Assembly: GCA_049693595.1 (NCBI GenBank)
Contig: JBAVQA010000034.1
Location: 1-51,299 of the forward strand
DNA from: Candidatus Acidiferrales bacterium
GTDB lineage: Bacteria > Acidobacteriota > Terriglobia > Acidiferrales > UBA7541
Length of the DNA: 51,299 bases
Direction of reading: 5' to 3'
Under the pieces are notes generated by a model. The model had not been told where the DNA came from. It saw only the letters and a list, made by a program, of their open reading frames with translations, and made no database searches. A program made the translations under genes and the position numbers. Positions 26,430-39,288 of this stretch are shown here, one piece after another; the stretch's first letter is position 1; the number at the start of each line of letters is the position of its first letter.

Positions 26430-27602
26430 TTGGAGTTCACCAGGTCTAAGGTGCCCGCAAAGGATGCCATCTATCGCGGCTTTTCCTCCCCATATGAGTT
26501 TCTCGACGACATGTTTCTTGAAACGGTCGCCGTAGAGTATGCGCGTGGCTTTGCGGAGCGATTTGTGTGCCGTTGTCGCAGAAATTGGGATTCCCAGAGC
26601 CGTGAACTCCTGCACTTCCTCCAGCAGTGCCTTGAGGAACGATGGAGCTTCGATACCGTATGGGACGATTCTTTCGGACTAGTTCGACGTGCAGTCCGGG
26701 ACCTGCCCACATTTGGACTCATGCGAACGGCCGCAACCCTCGGTATGCGAATGTTGGAGTGCGGACAGCAGGGTGAGTGGGAGATTGAACTGGAGACACC
26801 TGTTCGGTTGCGTTGGGATAATGTCCTCTTGCCAAGAGCCTCTTGGATCAGGGTTACGGGCGCGCGTGCGGGGGCTACGATCCTCTACAGAAACCGTGCG
26901 TGCAAGCAGAGGATTAAAATACGTCGGTCGAAAGGCGGCTGGCAATCGGATGGCCTAGACGCGCTGTCCACGATCGATAAGGATGGTCACCGGTACATTC
27001 TTGCTTTTGGCGAAGCGGTCGATGCACTTACGCTCCATAGTGTCCCGAAACTGAAGTCTACTTCTATGGATCTCGCCCAGCACAAACTTCTGCGCGCGCT
27101 TGACCTGCTTACGCAATTCGCTCCGATTTACTCGCCATGGGTGGGCCGTGTGCTCCGAATGATCATTCCGGTTAAATCAAGACGAAATACAATTGTCAGT
27201 GGCAGCGATCAAGATCACCCCGGAACTGTCTACCTCTCGATTCATTGCTCGCCCGTCGCAATAGCGGAGATGTTGATTCATGAAGCTACGCACCAATATT
27301 TCTATCTTCTTTCCCGTTGCGGTGCCTTGGATGATGGATCCTCAAAATTATTTTACTCGCCAATCAAAAGAACGAAGCGTCCTATTCGCATGATTCTCCT
27401 CGCCCACCATGCTTTTGGAAACGTTCTTCTCTTTTACAGGTTGTGTCGCCAGAAGGGGCTCAGTGACGCCGGATACTGCGAAAGACACGAAGCCCAGTTA
27501 GCGCCGCAGGTTCAACGACTCCAGGACACGCTGGCCAGTGCGAACAGACTGACACCACTAGGTGATGCGCTGTGGCAGCCCCTTGCATCGAGGCTCGATT
27601 AA
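26430..27602 (+). CDS. HExxH-motif peptide-modification protein (aKG-HExxH hydroxylase-like / FxsC-like)
   Basis: It has the HExxH motif in MLIHEATHQYFY. It lies next to an FxsB-like radical SAM maturase. The start is ambiguous (TTG 26430, GTG 26451 or ATG 26511). Confidence 0.65.
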   Translation: MEFTRSKVPAKDAIYRGFSSPYEFLDDMFLETVAVEYARGFAERFVCRCRRNWDSQSRELLHFLQQCLEERWSFDTVWDDSFGLVRRAVRDLPTFGLMRTAATLGMRMLECGQQGEWEIELETPVRLRWDNVLLPRASWIRVTGARAGATILYRNRACKQRIKIRRSKGGWQSDGLDALSTIDKDGHRYILAFGEAVDALTLHSVPKLKSTSMDLAQHKLLRALDLLTQFAPIYSPWVGRVLRMIIPVKSRRNTIVSGSDQDHPGTVYLSIHCSPVAIAEMLIHEATHQYFYLLSRCGALDDGSSKLFYSPIKRTKRPIRMILLAHHAFGNVLLFYRLCRQKGLSDAGYCERHEAQLAPQVQRLQDTLASANRLTPLGDALWQPLASRLD

Positions 27603-27605
27603 TGT

Positions 27606-28706
27606 ATGGCCGGCCGTATCGATAACATCGTCATTAAGCTCGCCGCCCGCTGCAACCTGAACTGCAGCTACTGTTACGTCTACAAACACGAGGATCAAAG
27701 TTTTCGAAATAAACCAAGATTCATAAGCGATGAAACGTATCACCACGCGCTCTTGGCGGTCCGCCACTATTGCGCACGACGCGACCAACACCGCATGGGT
27801 ATCACGTTTCACGGAGGCGAGCCGACACTTGTTGGGCCGCAACGGTTTGATCAGTTGGCGCATCGCGCGAAGACTATTTTGGGGGGATATCTCAAAAGGC
27901 TTTCCATTCAGACGAATGCAGTTCTAATCGACGACACTTGGACCGAAGTGCTTATACGCCACAAGGTTCACGTCGGAATTAGCCTAGACGGTCCAGCTGA
28001 CGTTCACGATTTAGTCAGGGTCGACCACGGTGGGAAGGGTTCGCATCGCGCGACACTTGGTGGGTTGCTAAAGTTGCAGCAGGCCGGCCTTCGGGTCTTT
28101 GTCCTATGCGTGATCAGCCCGGGACAGTCGGGCCTCCGCGTATACAGATTCTTTCGTGATCTTGGTATCACCGACATGGACTTTCTCTTACCAGATGTGT
28201 CGCACGATAATAAGGCGAAGTGGTATGGCCAGCACGGGCCGACACCGATCGCAGACTATCTGCTGCCAATTTTTGACGAATGGATGAGGGAAGATGATCC
28301 AAAAGTCAGGATTCGAGCCTTTAACGATCTATTGCGGACAATGATGGGGGGCCGCGGTGTTACTGACGCTTTTGGGAACCCGCAAATGGGATACTTGATC
28401 ATCGAGACAGACGGCTCGATCGAAGCTCTGGACGCCCTTCGCGTATGCGAAGGCGGAATACAGCTGAGCGGCTTAAACATCGAGCATGATGGATTCGATG
28501 ATCTAGAGCGTGGCCTACCGCTGGTTCATAACTTGGTTCATCACGGCATCCCAGTCTCTCCAATCTGCGAACAATGTCCCGAACGGAAAGTCTGCGGCGG
28601 TGGATATCTGCCGCACCGGTATTCTCGAGCGACGGGATTCAATAATCCCTCAGTTTGGTGCGCCGACATCCTCAAGCTTCTTGCTCACATGCAGCACTAT
28701 GTCTGA
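27606..28706 (+). CDS. Radical SAM/SPASM peptide maturase (FxsB-like, cyclophane-forming type)
   Basis: It has the CxxxCxxC motif in KLAARCNLNCSYCYVYKHEDQSFRNKP, which resembles the FxsB N-terminus. A C-terminal Cys cluster (CEQCPERKVCGGGYLPHRY...WC) is consistent with a SPASM domain. Confidence 0.8.
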   Translation: MAGRIDNIVIKLAARCNLNCSYCYVYKHEDQSFRNKPRFISDETYHHALLAVRHYCARRDQHRMGITFHGGEPTLVGPQRFDQLAHRAKTILGGYLKRLSIQTNAVLIDDTWTEVLIRHKVHVGISLDGPADVHDLVRVDHGGKGSHRATLGGLLKLQQAGLRVFVLCVISPGQSGLRVYRFFRDLGITDMDFLLPDVSHDNKAKWYGQHGPTPIADYLLPIFDEWMREDDPKVRIRAFNDLLRTMMGGRGVTDAFGNPQMGYLIIETDGSIEALDALRVCEGGIQLSGLNIEHDGFDDLERGLPLVHNLVHHGIPVSPICEQCPERKVCGGGYLPHRYSRATGFNNPSVWCADILKLLAHMQHYV

Positions 28707-29706
28707 GCAGCCCGCATTACTTCACGCACGCTTTCCGGCGCTACTGTTTTCGAATGGATTTGGGGATCACTTCCTGAACTTACCCGCAGTGCGGGCTGTC
28801 GCCGATCTATTTCCCGGACGCCTGACACTCATATGCCAGCGTGGGTTCGGTCGGATTTTCTTTCACGGGATTCAGTTCAAAATGATCTGTGAAGTGCCTA
28901 TGACGACGATTAGGGGAAGGAGGCAGTTTGATGCGGATTGGGTCGCCGAAAAAGTAGGACCGTGCGATCTGCTGATCTCTCTGAATCCGTGGCATTCCTC
29001 TTCCGTGGACCGGCTCTTGCAATGCTTGTCCCCTAACCTTTCCGTGGGCTTCTTCCAAGAGTTTGGGCGGCAAGTTAGACTGAATTGCAGAAAGCACTCT
29101 GCCGATCTCGGATTCGACGTCGTTCGGGCGTTAGATCGGGGTCTCAGACTTGATGAGTTCTCTGAGGCGCCGGTTTTCCCGCTTCATTTTGTTAAACAAG
29201 CGCGGCGCGTGTGGCGGGCATTTCCATCGGGATTTCGAGTGCTCGCTGTTCATGCAGACACCAAAGTGCAGAAGATGTGGCCGGCCCGACGTTTTGTAAA
29301 ATTACTCGATATGTTTCTGCAGCGACAGCCGGATTTTCTGGTTGTCGTTGTCGGAACAGTTGACATGGAACTCGACCGGGGTCATCACGGAGGCCGTGTC
29401 ATTCCCGCTTACGGGTTACCGCTCGCGACGTCAGCTCTGTTGATCGCATCGTCGGATCTATTTATCGGAATTGATTCAGTGATGCTTCATGCCGCCGATC
29501 TTTTCCGTGTGCCAGGAGTGGGCATTTTCGGGCCAACAAGTCCTGACGAGTGGGGATTCAGATGGTCACCGCATCGCCATGTATGTTCGGGAGGGCGGAT
29601 GTCAACATTATCCGAAACTAAGGTGTTTGAAGCTCTTGAACGATTGGTTGCTGCGACGCCTCGGCCAGCACTCTCACGGAGAAGACAACTGAGGATTCGC
29701 CAATGA
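28699..29706 (+). CDS. Glycosyltransferase family 9 (heptosyltransferase-like)
   Basis: The ATG at 28699 overlaps the rSAM stop by 8 nt. GT9-like C-terminal motifs are present (LAVHADTKVQKMWPARRF, LIASSDLFIGIDSVMLHAADLFRVPGVGIFGPT). The ORF-track start at 28510 lies inside the rSAM gene. Confidence 0.7.
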   Translation: MSEQPALLHARFPALLFSNGFGDHFLNLPAVRAVADLFPGRLTLICQRGFGRIFFHGIQFKMICEVPMTTIRGRRQFDADWVAEKVGPCDLLISLNPWHSSSVDRLLQCLSPNLSVGFFQEFGRQVRLNCRKHSADLGFDVVRALDRGLRLDEFSEAPVFPLHFVKQARRVWRAFPSGFRVLAVHADTKVQKMWPARRFVKLLDMFLQRQPDFLVVVVGTVDMELDRGHHGGRVIPAYGLPLATSALLIASSDLFIGIDSVMLHAADLFRVPGVGIFGPTSPDEWGFRWSPHRHVCSGGRMSTLSETKVFEALERLVAATPRPALSRRRQLRIRQ

Positions 29707-29951
29707 GAATCGCCGCTAGCCGGCGGCCGCAGGATTTTGCACAGTTATCGGTGCAGATAATGACACCCCGCTCGGTTCGTTCAGTTTTGTAACCCGCTGG
29801 GACTGCCGATCCCTTCCAGGTATAGAAGCTGATTCCGTGCACCGTCGAGGAAAGGTACCCGAGCATAGGAGCAATTTTGCACCGGTAAAATCTCATTGAA
29901 ACTGTACCAACAATTTAGCCGGTTTAGCCAGCTTCTCAGGTATACTCTCAC

Positions 29952-30623
29952 ATGGAGGCCGATATGCGTATGGTTTGCATTTTCGTGATCATCGGTCTAA
30001 GTGTTGGCATTGCGCTGGGCCAAACACAACCCCGAAAAATGGGGGTCTCTCAGATTCTCGCGGAGAAAGATCTTTGGGGTAAGGATTTCGGTCAGGCACT
30101 GGTTCGTGTCCAGAGCCTCAACGAAATCGGTCAAAAGGAGGCGACGATATTCGAAGTAAATGAAGTTGTTGGGGGAACCACATATTCAACCCGCACAGAA
30201 GCTGAAGCAGCCAGCGCGAAGCTTACCACAGCCGGAACGACTGCACGCCAAAGTGTAGATCAGGCACTTCGACACCTCTGGAGGACCTCCTCCGTCTCCT
30301 TGGGGGAACGGTCGCCAAATGTCGAAATTGTATCGCAGGCTGGAGGCGACCAAGTAGCGACAAGAAGTGCCAAGCCTACCCAATTCTTAGCGCCGGGAAC
30401 GACAATATCCACAATCCAACAGAAGCTCGGTCCTCCAGAAAAGGTTTCTGAGCAACTTATCCAAACTGAATACGAGCGCCGACCAGTTGTCTTGACCTTG
30501 TATGCCTATGGGGATGGCGCGATTAAGTTTGCTGAATCCAATATGGAGCCAAAGGGAAAAATTGATCGCGTTATAGTTGACACCTCGAAAATCGCGGATT
30601 CGATAAACGCAGCGAATCGTTGA
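29952..30623 (+). CDS. Secreted hypothetical protein
   Basis: The 223-aa ORF has a signal-peptide-like N-terminus (MRMVCIFVIIGLSVGIALGQ). Confidence 0.55.
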   Translation: MEADMRMVCIFVIIGLSVGIALGQTQPRKMGVSQILAEKDLWGKDFGQALVRVQSLNEIGQKEATIFEVNEVVGGTTYSTRTEAEAASAKLTTAGTTARQSVDQALRHLWRTSSVSLGERSPNVEIVSQAGGDQVATRSAKPTQFLAPGTTISTIQQKLGPPEKVSEQLIQTEYERRPVVLTLYAYGDGAIKFAESNMEPKGKIDRVIVDTSKIADSINAANR

Positions 30624-30641
30624 TCGACCAGGACGTGATTT

Positions 30642-32090
30642 TCACTTGGTAGCTGGTGCCTTGAAGAAGATCGGATCCAGTTGGAGTGTCGTTCGGTTTA
30701 CCGACGCACCTGCGAACACCCCGTAAAATGAATTCCCTGCCGAAGTGAGTCCTTCATAATCACCCCATAAGAATCCTGATTTTGCGTTGCCAATCGGGTT
30801 CACGTCCATACTCTGAACGATCTGGTCGTCCCATGTTTTCCCGTAATCGAATGAGCGGGCGAAGTGATGACGAAACAGGGTGTTCTTACCCGAATCGTCA
30901 TAGTCGATGTAAAGCAATCCCACTGCGCCATTAGGTGAAACGCTAATCTCCGGATATCCGGCGTGGTGTTTGCCGTCTGTCAATCTCTTCCATGTCCATG
31001 ACTTTCCCTGATCCGTCGAGCGAGAGACATAAATTTGGCTGAACTTCGAGTCGTCTCGATTCACATAACACGCGTAGATGTCCGTTGAACTAGGTGCGAC
31101 TGCAATCCATGCGTCACTACTACGCGCACGTGCAACTTTTTGCTCCGCTCCGAACTTGCCGGACAGGTTTCCGAATCGGTCGGTGAACAGAGTCTGCGCT
31201 TGGTCGTTACCGTGAATTGATATGCCCGAATCAGTGCCTAATGCATCCCATGTCGTACCGCAATTGTCTGAACGTTTGACTCGAAAATGAACTCGTTCGA
31301 AATCCGCGTCAATCATCCCTTCTCTTGTTTTGTAAACAATATAGCCCTTTCCGTCCGGACCAATCGCGACTCTTGTTGTACGATTAGGAAACGCGCGATT
31401 ATCACCCACGACCACGTCGGCAAGACTCGTTCCGCGATCTTTCGACCAGGAGTCCATGGACCTGTCCCGTTCTGAACTGTCCGGCCTCCTCGTCTTTAAC
31501 CAAGCGGTGTAAAGAACATCGCGACAGGCTCCAGTACTGCTCGTATCACTTTCAAGATGTGGCTGATCATCGCCGTAAGTCGATACCGCGGTTAGCGGCT
31601 GGTCTGGAGCCCCGGTTTGGCGGTAGACGAAGTCTTTCGCCGGGTCGAAGCCAAGCTCCACAACAAACAGGCGGCCTGTGGAATCGAAAGCTATCTTTTG
31701 GTCTCCCGGACCTTCCAACTCTGAATCAGGGGAAGGAGGGGCAGGAATCTGGGGAATCTTCTTCCAACTACTGCCACCGTCCCGGCTTTTCCAAACTGGT
31801 GCCATGCGATCAGGTCCCCACGGTTCTGAGAAAGCAACGATCGCAATCTCATCGATACTTGCAGGATTAACTGCAATACTGGGCTCCGTATCGCCGAGGT
31901 TGGATTGATCGATGGCGTCATTCGCAATATCTTTAATCTGAATAGCAGAACTATTGACAGCAATTATATGATCTGCCCCTTCTACTGGACCAACCTCGTT
32001 GGCGTGTCTGTTGCAGCCAGCACTCATGGCCAGGAGGGAACCCACTGCTGAGCAGATAATCACTCTATTTCGCATTAGATATCCCCTCAC
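30642..32090 (-). CDS. BNR/Asp-box repeat beta-propeller lipoprotein (sialidase-like fold)
   Basis: It has a lipobox-like LLAMSAGC and four Asp-boxes (SRDGGSSW, SDNCGTTW, STDQGKSW, SFDYGKTW). Confidence 0.75.
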   Translation of the reverse strand: MRGYLMRNRVIICSAVGSLLAMSAGCNRHANEVGPVEGADHIIAVNSSAIQIKDIANDAIDQSNLGDTEPSIAVNPASIDEIAIVAFSEPWGPDRMAPVWKSRDGGSSWKKIPQIPAPPSPDSELEGPGDQKIAFDSTGRLFVVELGFDPAKDFVYRQTGAPDQPLTAVSTYGDDQPHLESDTSSTGACRDVLYTAWLKTRRPDSSERDRSMDSWSKDRGTSLADVVVGDNRAFPNRTTRVAIGPDGKGYIVYKTREGMIDADFERVHFRVKRSDNCGTTWDALGTDSGISIHGNDQAQTLFTDRFGNLSGKFGAEQKVARARSSDAWIAVAPSSTDIYACYVNRDDSKFSQIYVSRSTDQGKSWTWKRLTDGKHHAGYPEISVSPNGAVGLLYIDYDDSGKNTLFRHHFARSFDYGKTWDDQIVQSMDVNPIGNAKSGFLWGDYEGLTSAGNSFYGVFAGASVNRTTLQLDPIFFKAPATK

Positions 32091-32166
32091 CCGCTATAAC
32101 AGCGTCAACGCGAAACGGTCTAGCTCCTATTTGTTTTCGCAATGGACCTGCTACGGCTACCATCTT

Positions 32167-32568
32167 TCATTTTCGATGGGCCGCGACCAAGCTGCTGGCT
32201 TGCTTACCGGAGATCCCAGTATCCTTAAGAGCCCGCACAATATCGCCATCGCGTTCACGCAGCGCAGTAGCAAGCTTGACAACGGACACTTCTTTACCGA
32301 GTCCATGTAGCTCACGGCTGTACCTTTGAAGCTCACGAAAATCGCTTTCAGTAAGGTCGGGCCACACATTCTTTACGTTCTGAAAATCCTTGAGCTCGTC
32401 AGCTGTCATTGGCGCGAATCCGCTTGGAACAGCGGGCGTCGGACTTCTGCCCAGACGGTCGGCCTGAGCATTATTGATACTGCCTGCCACGCGCCCGGGC
32501 GTATGTTGGGCGAAACTGTTTATTGGGCAGATCGAAAAAATCAAAAGTGAGAGCCATACTAATTTCAT
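32167..32568 (-). CDS. Small secreted hypothetical protein
   Basis: The internal ATG at 32568 has a GAGGAGGATG RBS and overlaps the upstream stop (ATGA). It has the signal peptide MKLVWLSLLIFSICPINSFAQ. Confidence 0.6.
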   Translation of the reverse strand: MKLVWLSLLIFSICPINSFAQHTPGRVAGSINNAQADRLGRSPTPAVPSGFAPMTADELKDFQNVKNVWPDLTESDFRELQRYSRELHGLGKEVSVVKLATALRERDGDIVRALKDTGISGKQASSLVAAHRK

Positions 32569-33449
32569 CGCATCCTCCTCATCATCGGCATGGAGCTTAG
32601 CATCGCTACGGGGCCACCCCCTTTTTTGGGTTTTGGAGCCAGATTGGTCGAGAAGGTGATTTGGACGAAAGGGCTTACCTTGGGAGCGTACGGTGTGACT
32701 CCGAAAGAGGTGCCGAAGCGAATTAACCACGTCTGTGATTTATTCAGGGCACCGTCTATCGCGACAAGGGCAACAACTGACGAGGGCCCCAGCTTATCCG
32801 CAGAAGCAAAGTCCACCTCACCTTCATAAGCCCAGGCCCCATCCGGATGAAAATTTCGATAATAATTAGCGCTCGCGACCCCGTTGGCTGTTGTACCGCC
32901 CGAAGAGACACCACTGACATTTGAGCCTCCGCTGACTGTTAATATGGCCAGTTGTTGAGCCAGCGGATTAAGGAACGGACGCAGCAATGTCAGCTTTAAC
33001 TGATCCACGACTTCGGTGGATTCCAGCGTTCCGGACACGGGAACAGTCAGGATATCGTCAAATCGCAGCGAAGTGCGGGTGCTTTCGACGCATTTATCAT
33101 GAAGCCCGAGGCCTCCACGCCAAAGCGTAACATGCCCCTCGAGACCCACGTCGCCCGTACCAGAATCGTAACCCGAAGTCGTCTTGTTCGAAATGAAAGT
33201 ATCGTCGTCCAGCCCAAACATGAAGCGGCAGTTTGCCCTGTAGAGTATCGAAGCCGGGCCGATGAACCCGGGCTGCACAGTTTGCTTGCGATCCGCCGAA
33301 GAGTAATTTGTCCCGTAGGTAATCGAGAAATCGCCGGGACTCTGTCCTTTGGCAACAGCACTCAAAATGAAAACAGTCGCAGACCACACAAAAATCCATC
33401 TGCAACCTCTCTTAGGCCATTGTCTGTTATCGGGATGATATTTTACCAT
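32565..33449 (-). CDS. Secreted hypothetical protein, possibly an outer-membrane beta-barrel
   Basis: The 294-aa ORF has an N-terminal hydrophobic segment ending AVAKGQ. Its Gly/Ser/Thr/aromatic-rich alternating composition suggests a beta-barrel. It ends in F-containing beta-strand-like segments before a basic tail. Confidence 0.5.
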   Translation of the reverse strand: MVKYHPDNRQWPKRGCRWIFVWSATVFILSAVAKGQSPGDFSITYGTNYSSADRKQTVQPGFIGPASILYRANCRFMFGLDDDTFISNKTTSGYDSGTGDVGLEGHVTLWRGGLGLHDKCVESTRTSLRFDDILTVPVSGTLESTEVVDQLKLTLLRPFLNPLAQQLAILTVSGGSNVSGVSSGGTTANGVASANYYRNFHPDGAWAYEGEVDFASADKLGPSSVVALVAIDGALNKSQTWLIRFGTSFGVTPYAPKVSPFVQITFSTNLAPKPKKGGGPVAMLSSMPMMRRMR

Positions 33450-33499
33450 TGCAGGATCCTCTGAACATCAATCAATGGAGGGTATCTCTAGTGCTCATC

Positions 33500-35146
33500 T
33501 TACTGGCATGAAGCTATCTTCACTTTGTTCACACTCGTACTCCAGTTTCTATCGCCGGTGGCTTCTTGGTATTGCGAAGTAAACCAAAACGTGCAATCGT
33601 CCACAGGGTCTACGCTCATGCTGCTGTAGTCACCCCATCGGTTAATCACTTGGGAGCCGATGCCTTTTTGGAATTCTGCCTCGAGGGACATGGCGCCTAA
33701 GGGATCGCTGCTATCTCTGCCCACGAATTTCATGGAAGGAAACGTCTTATTGTCTGAGATTGTGTAACCAAGCAGAATATTACCTGCCTTGTCCATCGCG
33801 ATGCTGCCCATCCAACGGAAACTATTATCTATATTTAATGTACCTGACTGATAAATTGTGGCGTCGCTGCCCGGATTCCGGATTTCGTACCAGCGGATCC
33901 CTGAATGATTTCCCGCCTTAACTGTGTGGTTTACAACCAGCGACTCATGGTCGGCAAACTTTCGATACGCCAGCCTGTACATTAACCTGTCTGACAGCGA
34001 ATCCAATCTCTGGCCCGTGTTAGGCTGCACCACACAGGGCTTAGGTATTTTGGACGTCTCGCTGGGGCAAAAATAATCGAAAGGTTCGACGCTAATCAGC
34101 CTTGGTCCGGTTAGCGTGGAATTGTTTTCTGAGTTCCAGTCAACATGCATCTGCCACAATCGTAGCACGTCGTCTCCAAAGCTCAGGAAATAGCCAGGCG
34201 ATTGCGCTGGAGGGGGCGCGGATCCATCGATGTCTGCCGGCAGAACGCCACCGATGGTATTTGGCAGTTGAGCGCATTGCATGGTTGCTTTCTGTCCAAG
34301 CAACATCTTCGTCCGGTCGAAGGCACAGAGTCGAGCGCCGAAGAAACTCCCACCGTCCGGATTCTCGAACATGTTAAAAGTTGCATAATATGCATCCAAC
34401 CAGACTCCAAACTTCGGATAATCGTTAAACGACGGCGCAGAAACACCGGCATCTTTCTTGAACTGAAATTCGTAGCGATAATAGCTGCTCGATGCATCGG
34501 GGGAAGTCGATATCGCGATGCATTCTGAATACGGCCCGCCCTGGGGCATTCCCAGTTGGCTTACCAGCCATCGATCTGCGCGCTTATCGTAGAGCACTAT
34601 CGGATCCCCGCCGTTTGCAGACTCGCAACCGCCTCCGAACCCAGCCCATAGGGATCTGGCATCAACCGGCGACGGTGTAAATACGCCGTTCTCGGTATGT
34701 CCGGACAGAATTGTCCCATCTTCCTTGTTGAAAACCGCGAATGCGTCATTTACTGTTTGGACGTACATAGTCTGTGATACCGACCCATTGGTGTCGGGGG
34801 GTACCACTCTGATACCCGCTTGATTGATGTCGATTCCTGGGAAAGATTTTAATCCTGTTATTTCCAAGTGCTTTGGTGCCTGCGGTGGCGCGTGTTCACT
34901 GGCTTTCGCAGCGTTTCTCCGCTCCTCACTGCTCTTCTTTGGTAGCGGAACCGGGAGGACGCGGTGCATTTCGCGGTTTTCATGCGCCTCACTCACGGGC
35001 CGCGGTGACAGCGTCTTTAGATCAGGAGACGTGTCGCTCTTCGTCGGAGGTGTCGTCTGGAGCTTCATCGGTGGCATCGTTTCCTGACTGAATAACATGG
35101 TAGAGGAATATAAAATCGTCACGAAACATATAACAAGAAAGCGCAT
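33500..35146 (-). CDS. Secreted hypothetical protein with Pro/Lys-rich linker and beta-propeller-like domain
   Basis: It has the signal peptide MRFLVICFVTILYSSTMLFSQ. It shares a C-terminal WGDY motif with the Asp-box protein at 30642-32090. Confidence 0.6.
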   Translation of the reverse strand: MRFLVICFVTILYSSTMLFSQETMPPMKLQTTPPTKSDTSPDLKTLSPRPVSEAHENREMHRVLPVPLPKKSSEERRNAAKASEHAPPQAPKHLEITGLKSFPGIDINQAGIRVVPPDTNGSVSQTMYVQTVNDAFAVFNKEDGTILSGHTENGVFTPSPVDARSLWAGFGGGCESANGGDPIVLYDKRADRWLVSQLGMPQGGPYSECIAISTSPDASSSYYRYEFQFKKDAGVSAPSFNDYPKFGVWLDAYYATFNMFENPDGGSFFGARLCAFDRTKMLLGQKATMQCAQLPNTIGGVLPADIDGSAPPPAQSPGYFLSFGDDVLRLWQMHVDWNSENNSTLTGPRLISVEPFDYFCPSETSKIPKPCVVQPNTGQRLDSLSDRLMYRLAYRKFADHESLVVNHTVKAGNHSGIRWYEIRNPGSDATIYQSGTLNIDNSFRWMGSIAMDKAGNILLGYTISDNKTFPSMKFVGRDSSDPLGAMSLEAEFQKGIGSQVINRWGDYSSMSVDPVDDCTFWFTSQYQEATGDRNWSTSVNKVKIASCQ

Positions 35147-35676
35147 CGCACTCCTCTCGCTTAAGTCAAAATGAATCGCTTGTAAATCCTGGTAGGGACC
35201 GCCGTCACTAATAGCATTACATTCTCGTTACGTCAAGTTAAACGTTGAAGACACGAGTTTCCTTGCTCGCGCCGTTCCTTGCGGTCCGCTCTGCCCGCAA
35301 AATCTCACGGAGTTAGGTAAGAGACCTTTTTCTGCCGCTCATTTTCCTGGTCGCTGCTTCGGGCCAAATTCCTGCGCCCGGCTGCTTCGCGTGTCTATCG
35401 GCGCGAGATCGAAAGCAATGCGTGGGTCATCTCGAATCCACGCTAATCGGGCCGCACTTCTCGGCGAGAGCAGCGGTTCCCGCAGCGAGTATTCGGTAAC
35501 AGCCGAGGTGGCCAAAAATCTAAGCTTGCTGACTGAACCATGCCCTCCTATGTCGGTAGGCGAGGCCACCAAGAGGGAACGAAAAAACATGACAAGTGGA
35601 AAGAACTATGCACAGAAAATCAGTCTTGGCCTCTAATAGACTCGTATATCCCAACCTTCCTCTCGAAAGAATCTAA

Positions 35677-35706
35677 TTGTCTTTCTAATATCGGCAGATT
35701 TATAAT
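35677..35706 (+). promoter_or_regulatory. Putative sigma70-type promoter
   Basis: It reads TTGTCT (35677-35682), an 18-bp spacer, then consensus TATAAT (35701-35706). It lies 42 bp upstream of the ATG at 35749, which has a GGAGG RBS. Confidence 0.4.
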
Positions 35707-35748
35707 CCTTTCGGTTTTCAAACTTAAAAGCACGGAGGCGAATCGCAA

Positions 35749-36162
35749 ATGAGCAGCGCACCCGGCAAGAGTCCAGCGGACGTCAATATAAAGTCAAAAA
35801 CACTTCAAGGGACAGTCCCGGGCAGCTGGGGACTTCAACAGCCGAACACGATTTATTCTCTCAAAGGTCTCGACGATGACGGCGCTCAGGCTTTATATGC
35901 CTCGGTGTATGTTCGTAAGCTGAACGCGACCGGGGGTTCCAACACTCCTGCGTACAACGTGAACATTGCCGATGTCTGCCACTATTCCGGTGGTGACATC
36001 CATGACAACAACGGCGTTACTTGTGTTAAAAACGGCCCTCTTGAGACGCAGTTGGAGAAGGAGCTGAAGATACTTCCCGGCGACGCAGTATCGTATCAAA
36101 TCGCAAACGGCGGCGGAAACTTTGAATACGACATCTTCGTCGAGGCTTACTACCAAAAATAG
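35749..36162 (+). CDS. Hypothetical protein
   Basis: The 137-aa ORF has a GGAGG RBS. It has no signal peptide and no motif I recognise. Confidence 0.5.
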   Translation: MSSAPGKSPADVNIKSKTLQGTVPGSWGLQQPNTIYSLKGLDDDGAQALYASVYVRKLNATGGSNTPAYNVNIADVCHYSGGDIHDNNGVTCVKNGPLETQLEKELKILPGDAVSYQIANGGGNFEYDIFVEAYYQK

Positions 36163-36210
36163 GGGAACACTTGAGGATCGCCGAGGATCGATCCGCAGGC
36201 GTTCGCCGCT

Positions 36211-39284
<3,074 letters not shown>

Positions 39285-39288
<4 letters not shown>

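Noticed and set aside
35339-35590. Overlapping 83-aa (-) and 81-aa (+) ORFs in the 600-bp gap upstream of 35749
   Set aside because: They are mutually overlapping, lack RBS and motifs, and are probably non-coding spacer.
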